Origin: Callorhinchus milii
Lineage: Eukaryota
Length of the DNA stretch: 64,000 nucleotides
NCBI RefSeq assembly: GCF_018977255.1
Contig: NW_024704742.1
Location: 81,904,001-81,968,000, forward strand
Direction of reading: 5' to 3'
In this document: positions 1 to 12,300 of the stretch, in pieces
Numbering within the stretch: the first letter of the stretch is position 1
Layout of the letters: each line of letters starts with the position of its first letter
Translations under genes and position numbers: made by a program
Notes under the pieces: generated by a model
The model's database searches: none
The model's input: the letters and a program-made list of their open reading frames with translations, nothing else
What the model was told of the DNA's origin: nothing

Positions 1-1974
1 TCTTCATTCCCCAAACCAATCAGTAAAGGTTTTAACCACACAATTTGACCACATTTTTTTCTCCAGGTAATAATTATTACATCTCATTCTGCACTTCTCT
101 TCCCGCTCTCCACAATATTTTTAATCAATTGAAATTATTCTCCTCACAAGATACAACCTTTCAATTAAAACAAATTTCTTGGATCGTGCACAAAGCAATT
201 CTGAAGCTAAAAGTCCAGACTGGAAATAATGCCCAAAAATATAATTATCAACATGTGAAGTTCTAAATGAGAAATGCCATTATCACATAAGACCTATGTA
301 AACCCCAGTAAGAAATGTTGAAACATTATTCAGCATCGGAAAACACGTCAAATGTTAGTGGCAAAGGACTGCTTACAGCAAGACAAGCAAAGAAACCAGC
401 TGTTGTAAAGGTTCAGTTAGGATTGTACAACACACAAACTAATAATGATCAAGGAGAGATTAAAGCGGTAAAAGGCAATAATGCATAATAACCTCTGGAG
501 AGAACTGAAATACTCACCGCAGAAATTTATGAGACTAAATCCTGTAATTAACAGAAGCAAAACAAGAGGACACAAGTTAATGGGAAAACTAATTAAGTAA
601 AGTAATCAGGTAGAAAGAAGTTTTCAGCACTTCTAATCCCAGCTGCTTGCCAAAGATAAAAACCCAGCAGAGGGAGATGCCAAACTCCACATCAAATAGA
701 AAGCCATAAAAGAAATTACAATTGAAACCATTCATATTTTAAAAACTTCTTTTAAAAAAGTTTTGGTGCTGATTTGGGAGTATGCTAAGACAGGTAAAAT
801 GAACTGAAAGGATAATAATGAATTCTTATCCTTGTAGTTGGTATACACCTTTCACATCTCAAAGGCCTTTACAGGATTTACTGAAAAGTGTAGTGACTGT
901 GTTCTTTGTAGGTGATTTTGTAAGATGAAGTCAAATGGGCTGAAGAGCCTCCTTCATCTGAACCTCTCTTGTGATCCCATAACACTATTCTAGAAGAGAG
1001 TTTATGCTGGTGTCTTGATCAACAATCCACCAAAATAAAAAAATTGCTTATTCATTTCATGGCTTTTCATGGGGCATTGCTGGGTGCAAATTGGTCACTG
1101 TGTTCACTTACAAATGACAGTCACTGTACATTACACTGTAATCCTGTGAAGCGCTTTGAGACACCCTCCAGAGATGAAAGTCGCTATGCCAAATGTAGTG
1201 ATGATTATTATTATTTATCTTGTGAATTGTGCAAGGAGATGGCAGAGTGGTGGGGACATGACTTTGCTCCTTGGCACTTCTACAGCTTTTACCACTTTGA
1301 TTTATTTAGTTTATTTCAAATTTTCTTCTTGGGTAAAACTTCCCTTTCAGATGTTCATAAAATATTTCAAAGAGGTAATAAAGGGCAATGATGAAAAAAT
1401 ATATGATTATTTCTGTAACAAAAAATCACATCAGAAGGCAGATATTCATAAATAGAAATTTACATGAATCCACTTGAAAAATTAATGAGTTGCTCAGTGA
1501 AAAATATACACACAGAAAGCTGAGTTTACAATATCAGCTATCCCTTACTGATATCTGTAAGTATCTTAATATAGTTACAAGGAACAGCAATTAGAGCAGG
1601 AGCTGACAGGACTTGAGTAACTACACATCAAATTAATTAAAGTCTGATTAATGCCATCGTTTCTTTCATGTCATACAGAAAAATCAATTTACATCATTTT
1701 ACAGTGAGCATTTAATGTCTGGAACAGCCCCCTGCCTCGCCCCTTCTCTTTCTACCTTTAAATCCCGCTTTAAGATCTTTCTTTTGAAATGTATTTTCAG
1801 TCACCTGCCCATTCCTGTTCCCACTTGGCTCTCTGAAACACTTTGAGACGTCTTCACGATGTGAAGGATGCTATATAAATGTAAAATTGTTGTTAGTTAC
1901 CAGAAAGGATGGTTGAGGCCAGGATGCGGGACTTGCTTAAGAAATATCCAAATTAATTGATAATAATCCTTACA

Positions 1975-2345
1975 TTTGCTTTACTGCATTTCAATTTGGA
2001 AGGATGTCCCAAAATGCTTCACAAGATACAATGTAAGATGCAGTGACTGTGTATGCTTTGAAGGTGACTGTGGCAACCAATTTTGGATACAACATGGTCC
2101 CACAAACAGCTATGAAGTGAATGATCAAGTTAATTTGGTGGATTGTTGGTCAGGGCATTGGGAGAAGCTCCCTTCTCTTTTCAAATGTACGATGGGATCT
2201 CTAATGTTCAGGCAGATGGGATCTTGGTTTAACATCTCAACTGAAGGACGGCACTTCCAGCAACGCAGCCCAGCCCAGCCCAGCTTTGCATTGGAGTGTC
2301 ACCTGAGACTATATGAGTTCCGCATCCTGACATGGGGCTTGAATT
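1975..2345 (-). mobile_element. Old Deu-domain SINE, decayed
   Basis: Reverse complement resembles the Deu-SINE body and L2-type tail seen in better copies (8255, 28833, 53510). Confidence 0.55.
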
Positions 2346-3904
2346 TGGGCGCAAAATAGGTGTAATGTTAAAACAGCGCATTAAAAGAGATGTGGAGTCA
2401 TCTCAGTTTATACCATCCCTCTCCTGCTCTCCCTCCCAGGGATGGGAGGTTGTGGGTTCAAGACTTGTGTTGCGATTTGATCTCTTTATCTAGTTTAATA
2501 TTCCAGTACAGTGTTGGAGAAATGCTGCATTTTCAGAGTTAGGAGCGTTTCTTTCAAAAGATCTTTGGTATGTACCGATTTCCAAAGATATTCTTCATAT
2601 ATTTCTTAAGCAATGTCAAAACCGAGACTTGATGTGCCTATTCAGGTGGACAACGGAGACCGTATTGCACTATTCAAAAAGAAAAAGGAATTTCTATCAG
2701 TGCCCTGATCAACAATCCTTAAGGTTAACTGGTTACTCATTATACAGCTGTTTGTCAAACCTTGTTGTGCAGAAATTGGTAGAACATTTATCCGTGAATA
2801 TATAGTCACAACATTTGACAGTAATTACTGCTACATACTCGACTCATGAATGCTTATTTTATCAAAATGCTTTCTGTTCAGCATCATATGCGATTTTTCA
2901 TCGTCCTGCTCTTAATGGTTCCTGGCAGGATAGCTTGACTGTTCATGGGAGCATCTTTAAAAATCTGACTGAAAGGTTCAGGCTTCACTTTACCTCCCTT
3001 CTGGCAGCAGCAGCAGCAGAGATAATAAAGATGACACTTACTTGATGAATCACAACAATGCTATCAGATCACAGAGCAGAACACAAAGACAATACCACTT
3101 GTGGGATTATTCTGCTCCATTTACTAAATATAGCTTGTTTGGTGATGTACATTACCAATTGACCTCAGTGCCCAGGTTGGGTTGGAGTAATACAGCTAGG
3201 GTTCTGACTCCTGATCTCTGTCCAGTGACCCATTCCCCTTCTCTACTGAAGAAGCTCTTGCATGGACATAATTGGAAGACAGGATAAGGAGATGTCTCTA
3301 TGGTCAAATGACCTCCCAACACTCACTGTTAATGTTCACACCCAAAGAATAACCTGTGGTGAGGTATCAGGGAACTTTTGTACCCTACTGGAAGCGGAAA
3401 TGAATCAAACAATCTTCAGGAGAGAGAGCAAGAAGGAAACAAAGACACCCTGAGATTGAATTCTTGCCTTAAATTTCACTTCCAGACACTTGTTCTTTTT
3501 AATCATGTAGATTGTCTAATGTCTGACAGTTTACCTGCAAAGTTATTTTTTTACTTTTCCTTAACCATTGTGTAACTGAAGCACTGCAAAAGCAATGATA
3601 ATGGCATGATGTAGGATGAAGGAAGATTGTGAACATAATGTAACTGTGTGATGATAGAAATCCTCATCACCAACATCTTGATGGAGTCTCTGAACTAAAT
3701 CCCTTCATCTATAGGGGAAAAGCAACCAAAGGGACTGACAAGGAAATAGATTTTTAGTAGGTTTAGGATTAGGAGAATGATAAGGAGAGAAGGTGCAAGT
3801 GGAGTGGAGGAAGGCATCTTTACAGTATATTCCTTGAAGCACTTTGAAACATCTCAAAGACATGATAATGCGCTATACCAAATGGAAGATTTTTTCAATT
3901 ATTA

Positions 3905-4052
3905 TTATTAAAGAAATTCCTCCTGAACTCTCTTTGAGAACTGCTGGTTCATGCCTCCTTGCTATGGATTCACCAACAAGTGGAAACAGTTTGTTTATGT
4001 CCATTGTATCAAATTCTTTCATGGTTTTAAAGACCTTGATCAGATCCCCTCT
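3905..4052 (-). mobile_element. CR1 LINE 3' fragment
   Basis: Reverse complement reads RGDLIKVFKTMKEFD...LFPLVGES, matching the CR1 ORF2 C-terminus seen at 44195-44300. Confidence 0.6.
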
Positions 4053-5074
4053 CTTAAGGCAGGTCTTGAAAATAGAGGAGAGGGTGAGACAGAACGATAG
4101 AGGAAGAGATTTGCAAAGGACTATATTGGAAAAAAATCAAATAGTTAGTTTCAAGTGTTAATGAACATCTACTTCAACTGTAAATATCCTAACACAATTG
4201 TACTCCGAAATTAGATTGATATCTCAGCTTTAACTTGGTAGAAAGCTGTTCCATGCCCGTGCAATTTTTTAACAATTCTCTATTATTAATTGACTTCCAG
4301 CATGTGCTTAAATAACCTTAAGGGATTAATACACGATAGCATGGTTATTGGCTGCTGATGTTTCACAGCTTGAACAAATGACTAAGGTTAAAAACTGTTT
4401 GACAGTAACCTGTAAGTTAAGTGGGACAGAGGTATGATAAACAAACATTCTTGGACAGAAACAAATTGCTGTGAAGTCTTGTGCTGCCTAACTGAGAAGA
4501 GAACTGACTAAACAATGAAGATGATAGCTGACGTGCTTTCACACATTTAAGGTGCCCTATTCCAGAATAGAATTTGCAGTTTCAGGCAAAATAGCTTTGA
4601 GTAGACAGCTGTCTTATAATGTATGCAATGCCAGCTTGAAAATTCAAACACATCCCCACAATGCACCGTGGTGTTCAAATACTCTCTCCGACTGCAGAGC
4701 TCCACTGGGAATCAATGCCTGATAGCCACCCAATCCACTCACTGGTTTCTAATGAAGTGCCTATTAATCTGCTTTAATACTAGCAGTGCCCATTGATTAG
4801 GTAATATTGATCAGTTATGTCACAAGAGGGTTAATGAATGCGTGATCTAAATTTTACGAGTCAGTGTGACAGAACAGTCGTACTGTATTCAGATATTCCA
4901 GATTCAATCATAACACCACTCCTTGTTTATTTCCTCACCAAATATTGTGTTAAAAGTCTGAGATACTGCTATCACAGTGTAAATCCTCGCTCATTATACT
5001 TCATATCCTCTGTTGAAGGTATGAAAGTAAAAGAATTAGATGAGGTTAATTGGCCCCATACCCCTTTTGTTATA

Positions 5075-5308
5075 AAAACAGAAGTCGCTGGGAACATTCA
5101 GCAGGTCAGGCAGCATCTATGGAGAAAGGAAAGTGAGTCAACGTTTCGGGTCCACGACCCTTCGTCAGAATGGACCCGAAACGTGGTGGTGGACCCGAAA
5201 TGTTGACTTACTTTACTTTCTCCATAGATGCTGCCTGACCTGCTGAGTGTTCCCAGCGACTTCTGTTTTTGTTTCAGATTTCCAGCATCTGCAGCATTTT
5301 GCGTTCTG
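5075..5308. mobile_element. Penelope-like element terminal fragment with inverted (fold-back) structure
   Basis: About 81-bp inverted arms 5075-5155 / 5189-5269; perfect 14-bp flanking direct repeat CCCCTTTTGTTATA at 5061-5074 and 5309-5322; internal hammerhead core. Confidence 0.75.
5135..5170 (-). ncRNA. Minimal hammerhead ribozyme core motif (probably incomplete in this copy)
   Basis: Minus strand reads CUGACGA-A-GGGUC-GUG-GACCC-GAAA-CGUU: both conserved core boxes flank a 5-bp stem II, with a palindromic AACGUU stem III. Confidence 0.6.
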
Positions 5309-6304
5309 CCCCTTTTGTTATATCTGCTCAAATTTTGATGCAAAGCGTTATTCAAAGGAATCAAGTTCCTGTAATCTGCGTATTTGCTTTTGACTGTTGT
5401 ACTGCTAGCTCATTTAATATCAAGAAGATATTTAATAAAGTTATGCCCTTTTCTCTTGGGTGATTAAACTACCACGTTATTCCCAATGTCACCCACTTTA
5501 CAGAAATTACCAGGACATCTTAGGTACCATTTATATGCAAACATTCTTGTTCTATATATAACCTTATCAACCTTTATTTCCTCTCACCTCATTAGTTTAA
5601 TTAGGCATGTTTCTTGAAGAAGTGGGTAGATGAGGAATCACCAGAGGAATCAGAAGATCTGCAATTAAATGGCTCTGATTTTAACTAATTAACACCATTT
5701 GTTTCTCTTTTGTGCTGACTATAAAGATTGAAATTTCAAGATGCGTGTAGTGAAATAAAAAGTGTTCAGTACAATGTTCCTCCTATCTGCACTATCTTCA
5801 CTGACTTATCATCTGCAACTGCAGGGACCTCTGGAAAGTACAACAATTTCTTGCAATACCAAGGCTGCACTCAGATATTATTTATTGCAACAAAGCTCCA
5901 TAGCATAATAAACCACAGCTATTTCTCAATATGACTTGGGGATCTGTCTCTATTGCATTGATTCTCTCAACCTCTCTCAAATGGTTTCTCAATTAACAGT
6001 TACTGTTCCTTGTGACAACTGATGACAAGTGGAATGAAAATAACTGGCCAAGTGTCAAGCATTTAAAACAAATACAGTATGAAACATGAGAATGTCTGAG
6101 ACAGGGTGTTTATCAGATTTGTTCTTAAAGTGCCTTGTCGTATGTAATCACTATCTCAAACAATTGAGAAGAATCTGAGAAGTGTTAAATCTAACCTTTT
6201 TATTACACCCTTGTTTTTAGAATTAGATGAAAATCAAAGGGAATGATTCCGTTGAGGACCTTATGATTGAAATGCCATCACAATCACATAGGAGTCAATT
6301 GAGT

Positions 6305-6760
6305 AACAACAAAAACAACAACTTACATTTATATACTGACTTTCATGTAGAGGGCAATGTCTCAGGGTGCTATACAGAGATGGATATGGATGCAGACAAG
6401 GGACAGAAGTGAGGGGAGAGAGGCGACCATAGGTGCTTTCGAAGAGGTAGAATTTGAGGCAGAATATAAAGATACAAAGAGAGAGCAAGACCGAGTGGTA
6501 GAGGAAGGGAGTTCCAGATGTTAGAAGCATACGAATTGAAGGCTCAGCTACTGATGGTGTTGAGGAGAGAGGGCGAGGGTTACACAGCAAGCCCATTATA
6601 GCTGAATGGAGAAGATGGGCGGAGGAGTTAGGGTAGGAGAAGATTGCAGAGATATGGAAGTGCCAAGGAATGGATGGATTTAAAGGTAAGAGTGAAGATC
6701 TTGAAATGGATCTGCTGGGGGACTGTGGAGATTGCCAAGAATTGGTGATGCTGTCTGGAG
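6305..6760 (-). mobile_element. L2 LINE 3' fragment, old
   Basis: (AAC)n tail at 6305; ORF 6628-6906 ends in IHFKIFTLTFKSIHSLALPYLCNLL, the L2 ORF2 C-terminal motif. Confidence 0.75.
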
Positions 6761-8254
6761 TTTGGTAATAGAAATGCCCCAGGGATGCTACCCAGGGATG
6801 CTATGTTATTGTTGCCTGAGAAAATATAGTACCTGTATGTGCCGGCAGTACAGCAAAATCTATACAAGCACACCTCAATATTGTATATGCTGGACACAGC
6901 GTACATTCATAACATGCTGTCATCTTTTGTTTCTCTTTATAGAGGAGGGCATGGCATATTTCCTTTAACCCTACTAAGCTGTGATTTTTTACTTTGTTGT
7001 ATAATCACTGACAGGTAGATTAGGCTAGACATGCTTCCCAGCCTCCAATTGTCACAGCTACTTCTTTGAAAACAGACCAAAAAAATACTATATGGAAAAA
7101 TAGCTCAGTTCCTATGATTTTTTTTAAACATGAGATTGCATTGCAGTCGAATGGATATCCACAGCACACAGATGCGAGCAGACTTAAGATATGCAAATTT
7201 GCTTAGCATTTCCAAGCCATTGTAGACTTACTCCAAATGTCTATAAATAGTTGAGAAGGTAAATCATTGTGGAATTTATCATTTTCGATCATGTTAAATA
7301 TTTGGTTGTGTTTGTCCTTAAGCCCAATGCTTTTAACAGTATCACAATGCCCTTATATAATAATAGTAAATATATGAAAGCTTCTATATATTTATATATA
7401 TAAATAAATATATTTAAGCATTGTCACAGTCATATACACTTCAACATTTAATTCACCTCTTAACAGTATCTCAAAATAATAATCCTTGCATTTGGTATAG
7501 CAACTAGTCAGATTATCGAGACGTCTCAAAGCTCTTCACAGAATATACTGTGAAGTGAATTGACTGTTTATTTTGTATGTGAAACAAGGAAATAATATTT
7601 TACGGGGCAGAAAGTGATTCTTTTCGGGTGTTGCAGCTTTTTGTAAATCCGGATATCACAAATTGTGAATCACTGTTCAAATTACTGAATGCTCTTTTCT
7701 CTGCCTGAATTGTGAAAGGGGGTTGAAAGTATATTAAAGCAGCTTAATTCATGATAAATTCAAAAATACTGCAATTGAACTGCAAACTAACTGCCAATTA
7801 AAAATGTTAAACAAGCAAAATTGAAAATAGCATTTCACTGCATTTCGGTGGTTCTGATGATTACTTTCTGCTGTCACATTAGACATGAAAGAGAATGGAG
7901 GAGGAAAGGTCCATCACATGATCAACCACATTCAATAGTCTTTGGCATTATCTCTGCCTACTCTAACTTTGTAGACAAGATAGAAGAGGTAACAAAAATC
8001 AACAGTTATTTAAAAAAATACATCTGATGTTACTCACACTTGAGGCAGACACACGCCCTTAGCTTATTTGAAGCAACACAACTGTTTCTCTTTTTAAAAT
8101 AATTTCCTCCTTCCATTGGAGACTCCCCTCTTCTCATTTGCTGCACTGTTACACTCAATCAGGGTGGTTGACATACCATTGTGAATTCTGCTCTGGTTAG
8201 TTGAAATGAGTAGAGCTTGGTCAAACTACACTGTGCCTGGTGGAGTGACTGTGT

Positions 8255-8425
8255 GTCAGCCTGGCTCACTTGGTAGCACTCTTGCTTCTGAGTTAGAAGA
8301 TTGTGAGTTCAAGCCCCACAGTGGGACTTTGAACTCATAGTCTAGACTGACAATCCAATGCAATGCTGGGGAAGAGCAACATTGTTGGAGTGCAATCCTT
8401 TGGATGAGATGTTAAACCGAGGTTT
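8255..8425 (+). mobile_element. Deu-domain SINE, 5' half
   Basis: tRNA-like head (TGGCTCACTTGG, GAGTTCAAGCC) followed by GGATGAGATGTTAAACCGAGG Deu-like motif. Confidence 0.65.
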
Positions 8426-10952
8426 AGCATTTATATAGCACCTTTTACGTCAGGAGGATGCCTCACAGCATTTCACAAAGCTGATTGGGAGCAAGAGCTG
8501 GGGTTGGGTAGGTAAAGTAGGGAGAAACTGGCCCGAGGAGTGCAAACAGTAACTCCATGAGGAAGAGTGACCATTAGGATAGAGGAAATGGGAGTGAGAG
8601 CGAGAGTGACTAAGGTGCAAGGTAAGGATGAAGGTAATAGTGAGTGCCCTCATTTGAAGAACAACTGGCAAAAGGAGTTTAGGATGTTGGTTTATTTTAG
8701 AAGAAACTGACCAGAGTGGGCAAACAAAGGGAGCCTCATCAAGTGTGATGGTGGTACGAGGAATACGATTAGCCAAGGTAAGGTTATGGCACCTTTCACA
8801 TTGGAAAGACGTCTCTTATCATTGTCCCCACCCACATTGGACCAGTTTTTTTCCCTATTGTATTAAGTGGCCATCTCACTAACACTTGATTTCAGCTTCA
8901 AACCCCACCCCCACCGTAGCAACACAACATTTGTTTCCCTGCCACTTCTTCTGCAATTAATCGAAATCTAGTGTGTCCACACCTACAGGTGCCTTTTCCT
9001 TCATGACCATTATTGTCAGACCCTCTTGCCCTGTCTTGTAGTGTGGCAAGCAACTGGGGTATCCTCGAGACCAGTGCTGTTGAAGTTGTGTGCGTACTGT
9101 ACAAGCGAGGCTAACTGAAAGCAGCAATGGTAATGTGGTGGTAAGTCCTCTTTGGTAACTGTGGTCTCTTTTGGGCTGCGTTAACTCCACGATGACACAC
9201 CAGGCAATGGAATTTCAGAATTCAGTCAATCAGTGGTCCAGTTCTTGAGCCAGGCAGGTTTGCAGTACTCCAAAGACCACCGATGACAAATCACACAATT
9301 TGGCTTGGGTTTGGAGGAGAAAATCAGTCACAGCCATTTGGCTCCTGTTAATTCAACAAGCCAAAGCTTTAATGGGTAATGCGGTGCCAACAGCAGAATG
9401 TTTGACAGTCAGTGTTCACACTGGCAAACTATGCAGTTTAAAAACCTGGTTAATCTTCAGAAATTCCCCAGTGCACAACAACTTAGCTCTTGCTAACAGG
9501 GGCCTAATACGTTCTAGGAGTGGGTAAGTCGGGTGCATCCCTTCAAAAGAGAATGTGCATTCCATTCTAGATGCAGGTAAATGTCTATGTGTATATGGGA
9601 CTTTCAGTAGCTTAGTTTGGGATACACTTAAGCATGGTGATAGGTTTCTGTGGCGTCAGACAAAATAAAATAAAAATAATAAGCTTAAAGCTTTCAGAAA
9701 AAAAAATCAGAAATTTTTATTTCCCAGAACATATGGCACTCCTCCAACTCTTACAATTTACAGTTCAACCTAATTGGGAACAAGGATCCATCAGAATTCT
9801 TCACCAGCCCAGTAATGATTGACGTGATCAGCTTTTGCTGGGAAAGTGACACCTGAGATCTGATACCAATTACTGAAGGCAGGAAGGCAAAGGCACAGAC
9901 TTGAAAGAAACATTGTTGCATCCACTGTGTAGCAGAGAAAAAAGTTAATCCTGACATCTGTAACACACGGTTTACATCGGAGAACATATTCAATTGAAGC
10001 CTCAGAGACATTCACAGAATATGAGTTAGATTGCATCAAATAACAGTCTGCGGCATGTACTGTGATTGCATTGAGGAAGCAATGAGGAGAGAGGAGCCAG
10101 TGGAAATTTAATCTGACTGTTTATATACGTGGCTGATTTAAAATTATTTTTAGATAGATTACAACTGCTGTACACCTATTTGCGCAACAATGTAAAATCA
10201 CGTGTCAGTGGGTTCTGCCTCACCTGGTTTCCTAGTCCTATTGTTCTGCTCCCAAAACAATTTGTAGACCGTCATTTCATGTCTACCATTTCTTGTGGTT
10301 TTGAGATTGTGCTCATACGATTTCTGAATTTTTTTTGAAAATTTGCATTATTTTCTACTTTAATTTAGAGCCTTGTGTCATAACATTGTTAAAACTGTCT
10401 CCAAGAAGGTTGGTTCTCTTTTTGTGAAAAATAGTTATTTTCCTCTCAATAACTCTTGCCTATAAAATTCAGTCTGTCCAAAAAATGTATTTGGATATTG
10501 CTCGCACACCCAGAGAAGCTCTTTGCTTTGAATCTCTCTGAATGGAAGAGAGAAAAAAAACTAGTCATCACATCAATGATTGTTTTCTCACACCTGGTCT
10601 CCAACCTCCATCTCCAATGCAATCTTCTGTTTATTGATACAACTATCCAGCTCATTGCTCACTGGTGTTTCATTTATTGTTTCAAATACTGCACATTATC
10701 CTATACAGTTTACCTCCTCACTGCTTTATTGCTATCAAAATCATTCTCTCCAACTCATCCGTTTTCAGACCTCAAAACATTGGTAATCCTTATCTCCCTC
10801 GGTATTGCTGTCCTATAATGTATGGATGGTTTAAATATGAGATGGTGTCACCAACCACAGCTTCTTGATTTATATTCTTTTGTACCCTTGTTAACTTTCT
10901 TGGGTTTTTGTTTTCAGTTAAATGGTTTTTGTCTTTTCAATTTCATTTCTTT

Positions 10953-11312
10953 GGAGTCCTGATAAGAGCACTTGCCTCGCAAGTGAGAGGACCATGGTTC
11001 GATTCCCAGGCAGGGTGAAAGATTGGGCAATTTTCCTTACTCCATATGCCTCTGTTTACCTAGCAGTAAGTAGGAACCTGGTTGTTAGTCGATTGGTGGA
11101 TCACGTTTCCAGGGATAATAATCCCTTCAGCAAAAATAAAATAAAAAATAATAATTTGGTCACTCAATCTATGACTGTTTGTAGGACAATTGGCTGCCGC
11201 ATTTCTCCCATAAAATGCACAGTTAGTTCACTTTACAATATATTCTGAGAAGCGCTTTGAGATATCTTAAAGACATGATAAGGCACTATATCAAAAATGC
11301 AAGGTTTATTAA
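10953..11312 (+). mobile_element. tRNA-derived SINE, long variant
   Basis: GGAGTCCTG start, B-box GGTTCGATTCC, internal CTGTTTACCTAGCAGTAAGTAGGAACC segment, L2-type tail. Confidence 0.8.
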
Positions 11313-11477
11313 TTTAAAAAAGAAATGCGCTTCTTTACTTTTTAATGGGGATTAAAAATTCAGGAACTTTCCTGATGAAATCACACAGTAAAAACATCTA
11401 GAAATAGTGAAATAACAAACAACATTATTTTTCTTTGTGATGTGATAATGTTAGTATTAGGTGAGGTTGAAGTTTCT

Positions 11478-11764
11478 TTGCAAGCGAAAGACTTGGGTTT
11501 AATTCCCGGTAGGGCAAAACCTTGGGCAAGTTTCTTTACACCACACACCTGACAATAATCCCTCAAAAAAAACAATAATAAATTGGTCATTTCAATCCAC
11601 GACTCTTTGTGGGACACTGCTGTGCGCAATTGGCTGCCTCAGTTCGCCCACAAATATATACAGTCAATTAACTTTACAGTGTATTCTGTGAAGCGCTTTG
11701 AGACGTCTAGAAGACGTGAAAAGCGCTATATCAAATGCAAGGATTATTATTATTATATTATTAT
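11478..11764 (+). mobile_element. tRNA-derived SINE, short variant with damaged 5' end
   Basis: Colinear with 17163-17484; (ATT)n tail. Confidence 0.8.
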
Positions 11765-11889
11765 GGTAGGCTGTTGAGATTTGGTTTACATCCTGGAATC
11801 TGCCACCTCTGAAATTATTACGCACTTATTTCTGACTGAACAACATTTACACACATGAGCAGGATGAATATAATAATAATGAATATAAT

Positions 11890-12300
11890 AATTGCATTTG
11901 ATATAGCAGAACATCTTGAAACACTTAACAGGATTTACTGTAAAATCTAATGACTATCTATTTTGTAGGTGAATGCGGCAGCCAATTTGTGCACAGCAAT
12001 ATTCCACAAACAGGCATGAAGTGAATGATCAATTTAGCTGAGGTATTGTTGGTCAGGACATCAGAAGAAACCCCAATTTCTTTTCAAATAGTGTCGTGGG
12101 ATTTATCACGTCCAACTGAACAGGCAAGCAAGACCTCTGTTTAACATGCATTCTATGGACAGAATTGCTGGCAATGCAGCATTTCCCAAGCATTGCACTG
12201 GAGTATTTACCTAGACTGGGAGCTCAAAGTCCAACATGGGACTTGAACCCATAACTATGTGACTCAGAGGTCAGTGTGCAACCAACTGAGACAGGCTGAA
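11890..12300 (-). mobile_element. Deu-domain SINE, near full length, old
   Basis: Reverse complement has head CAGCCTGTCTCAGTTGG...GGGTTCAAGTCC, Deu body and L2-type tail. Confidence 0.65.

Noticed and set aside
9751..10039. Overlapping minus-strand ORFs as possible exons
   Set aside because: No recognisable domain or convincing splice context
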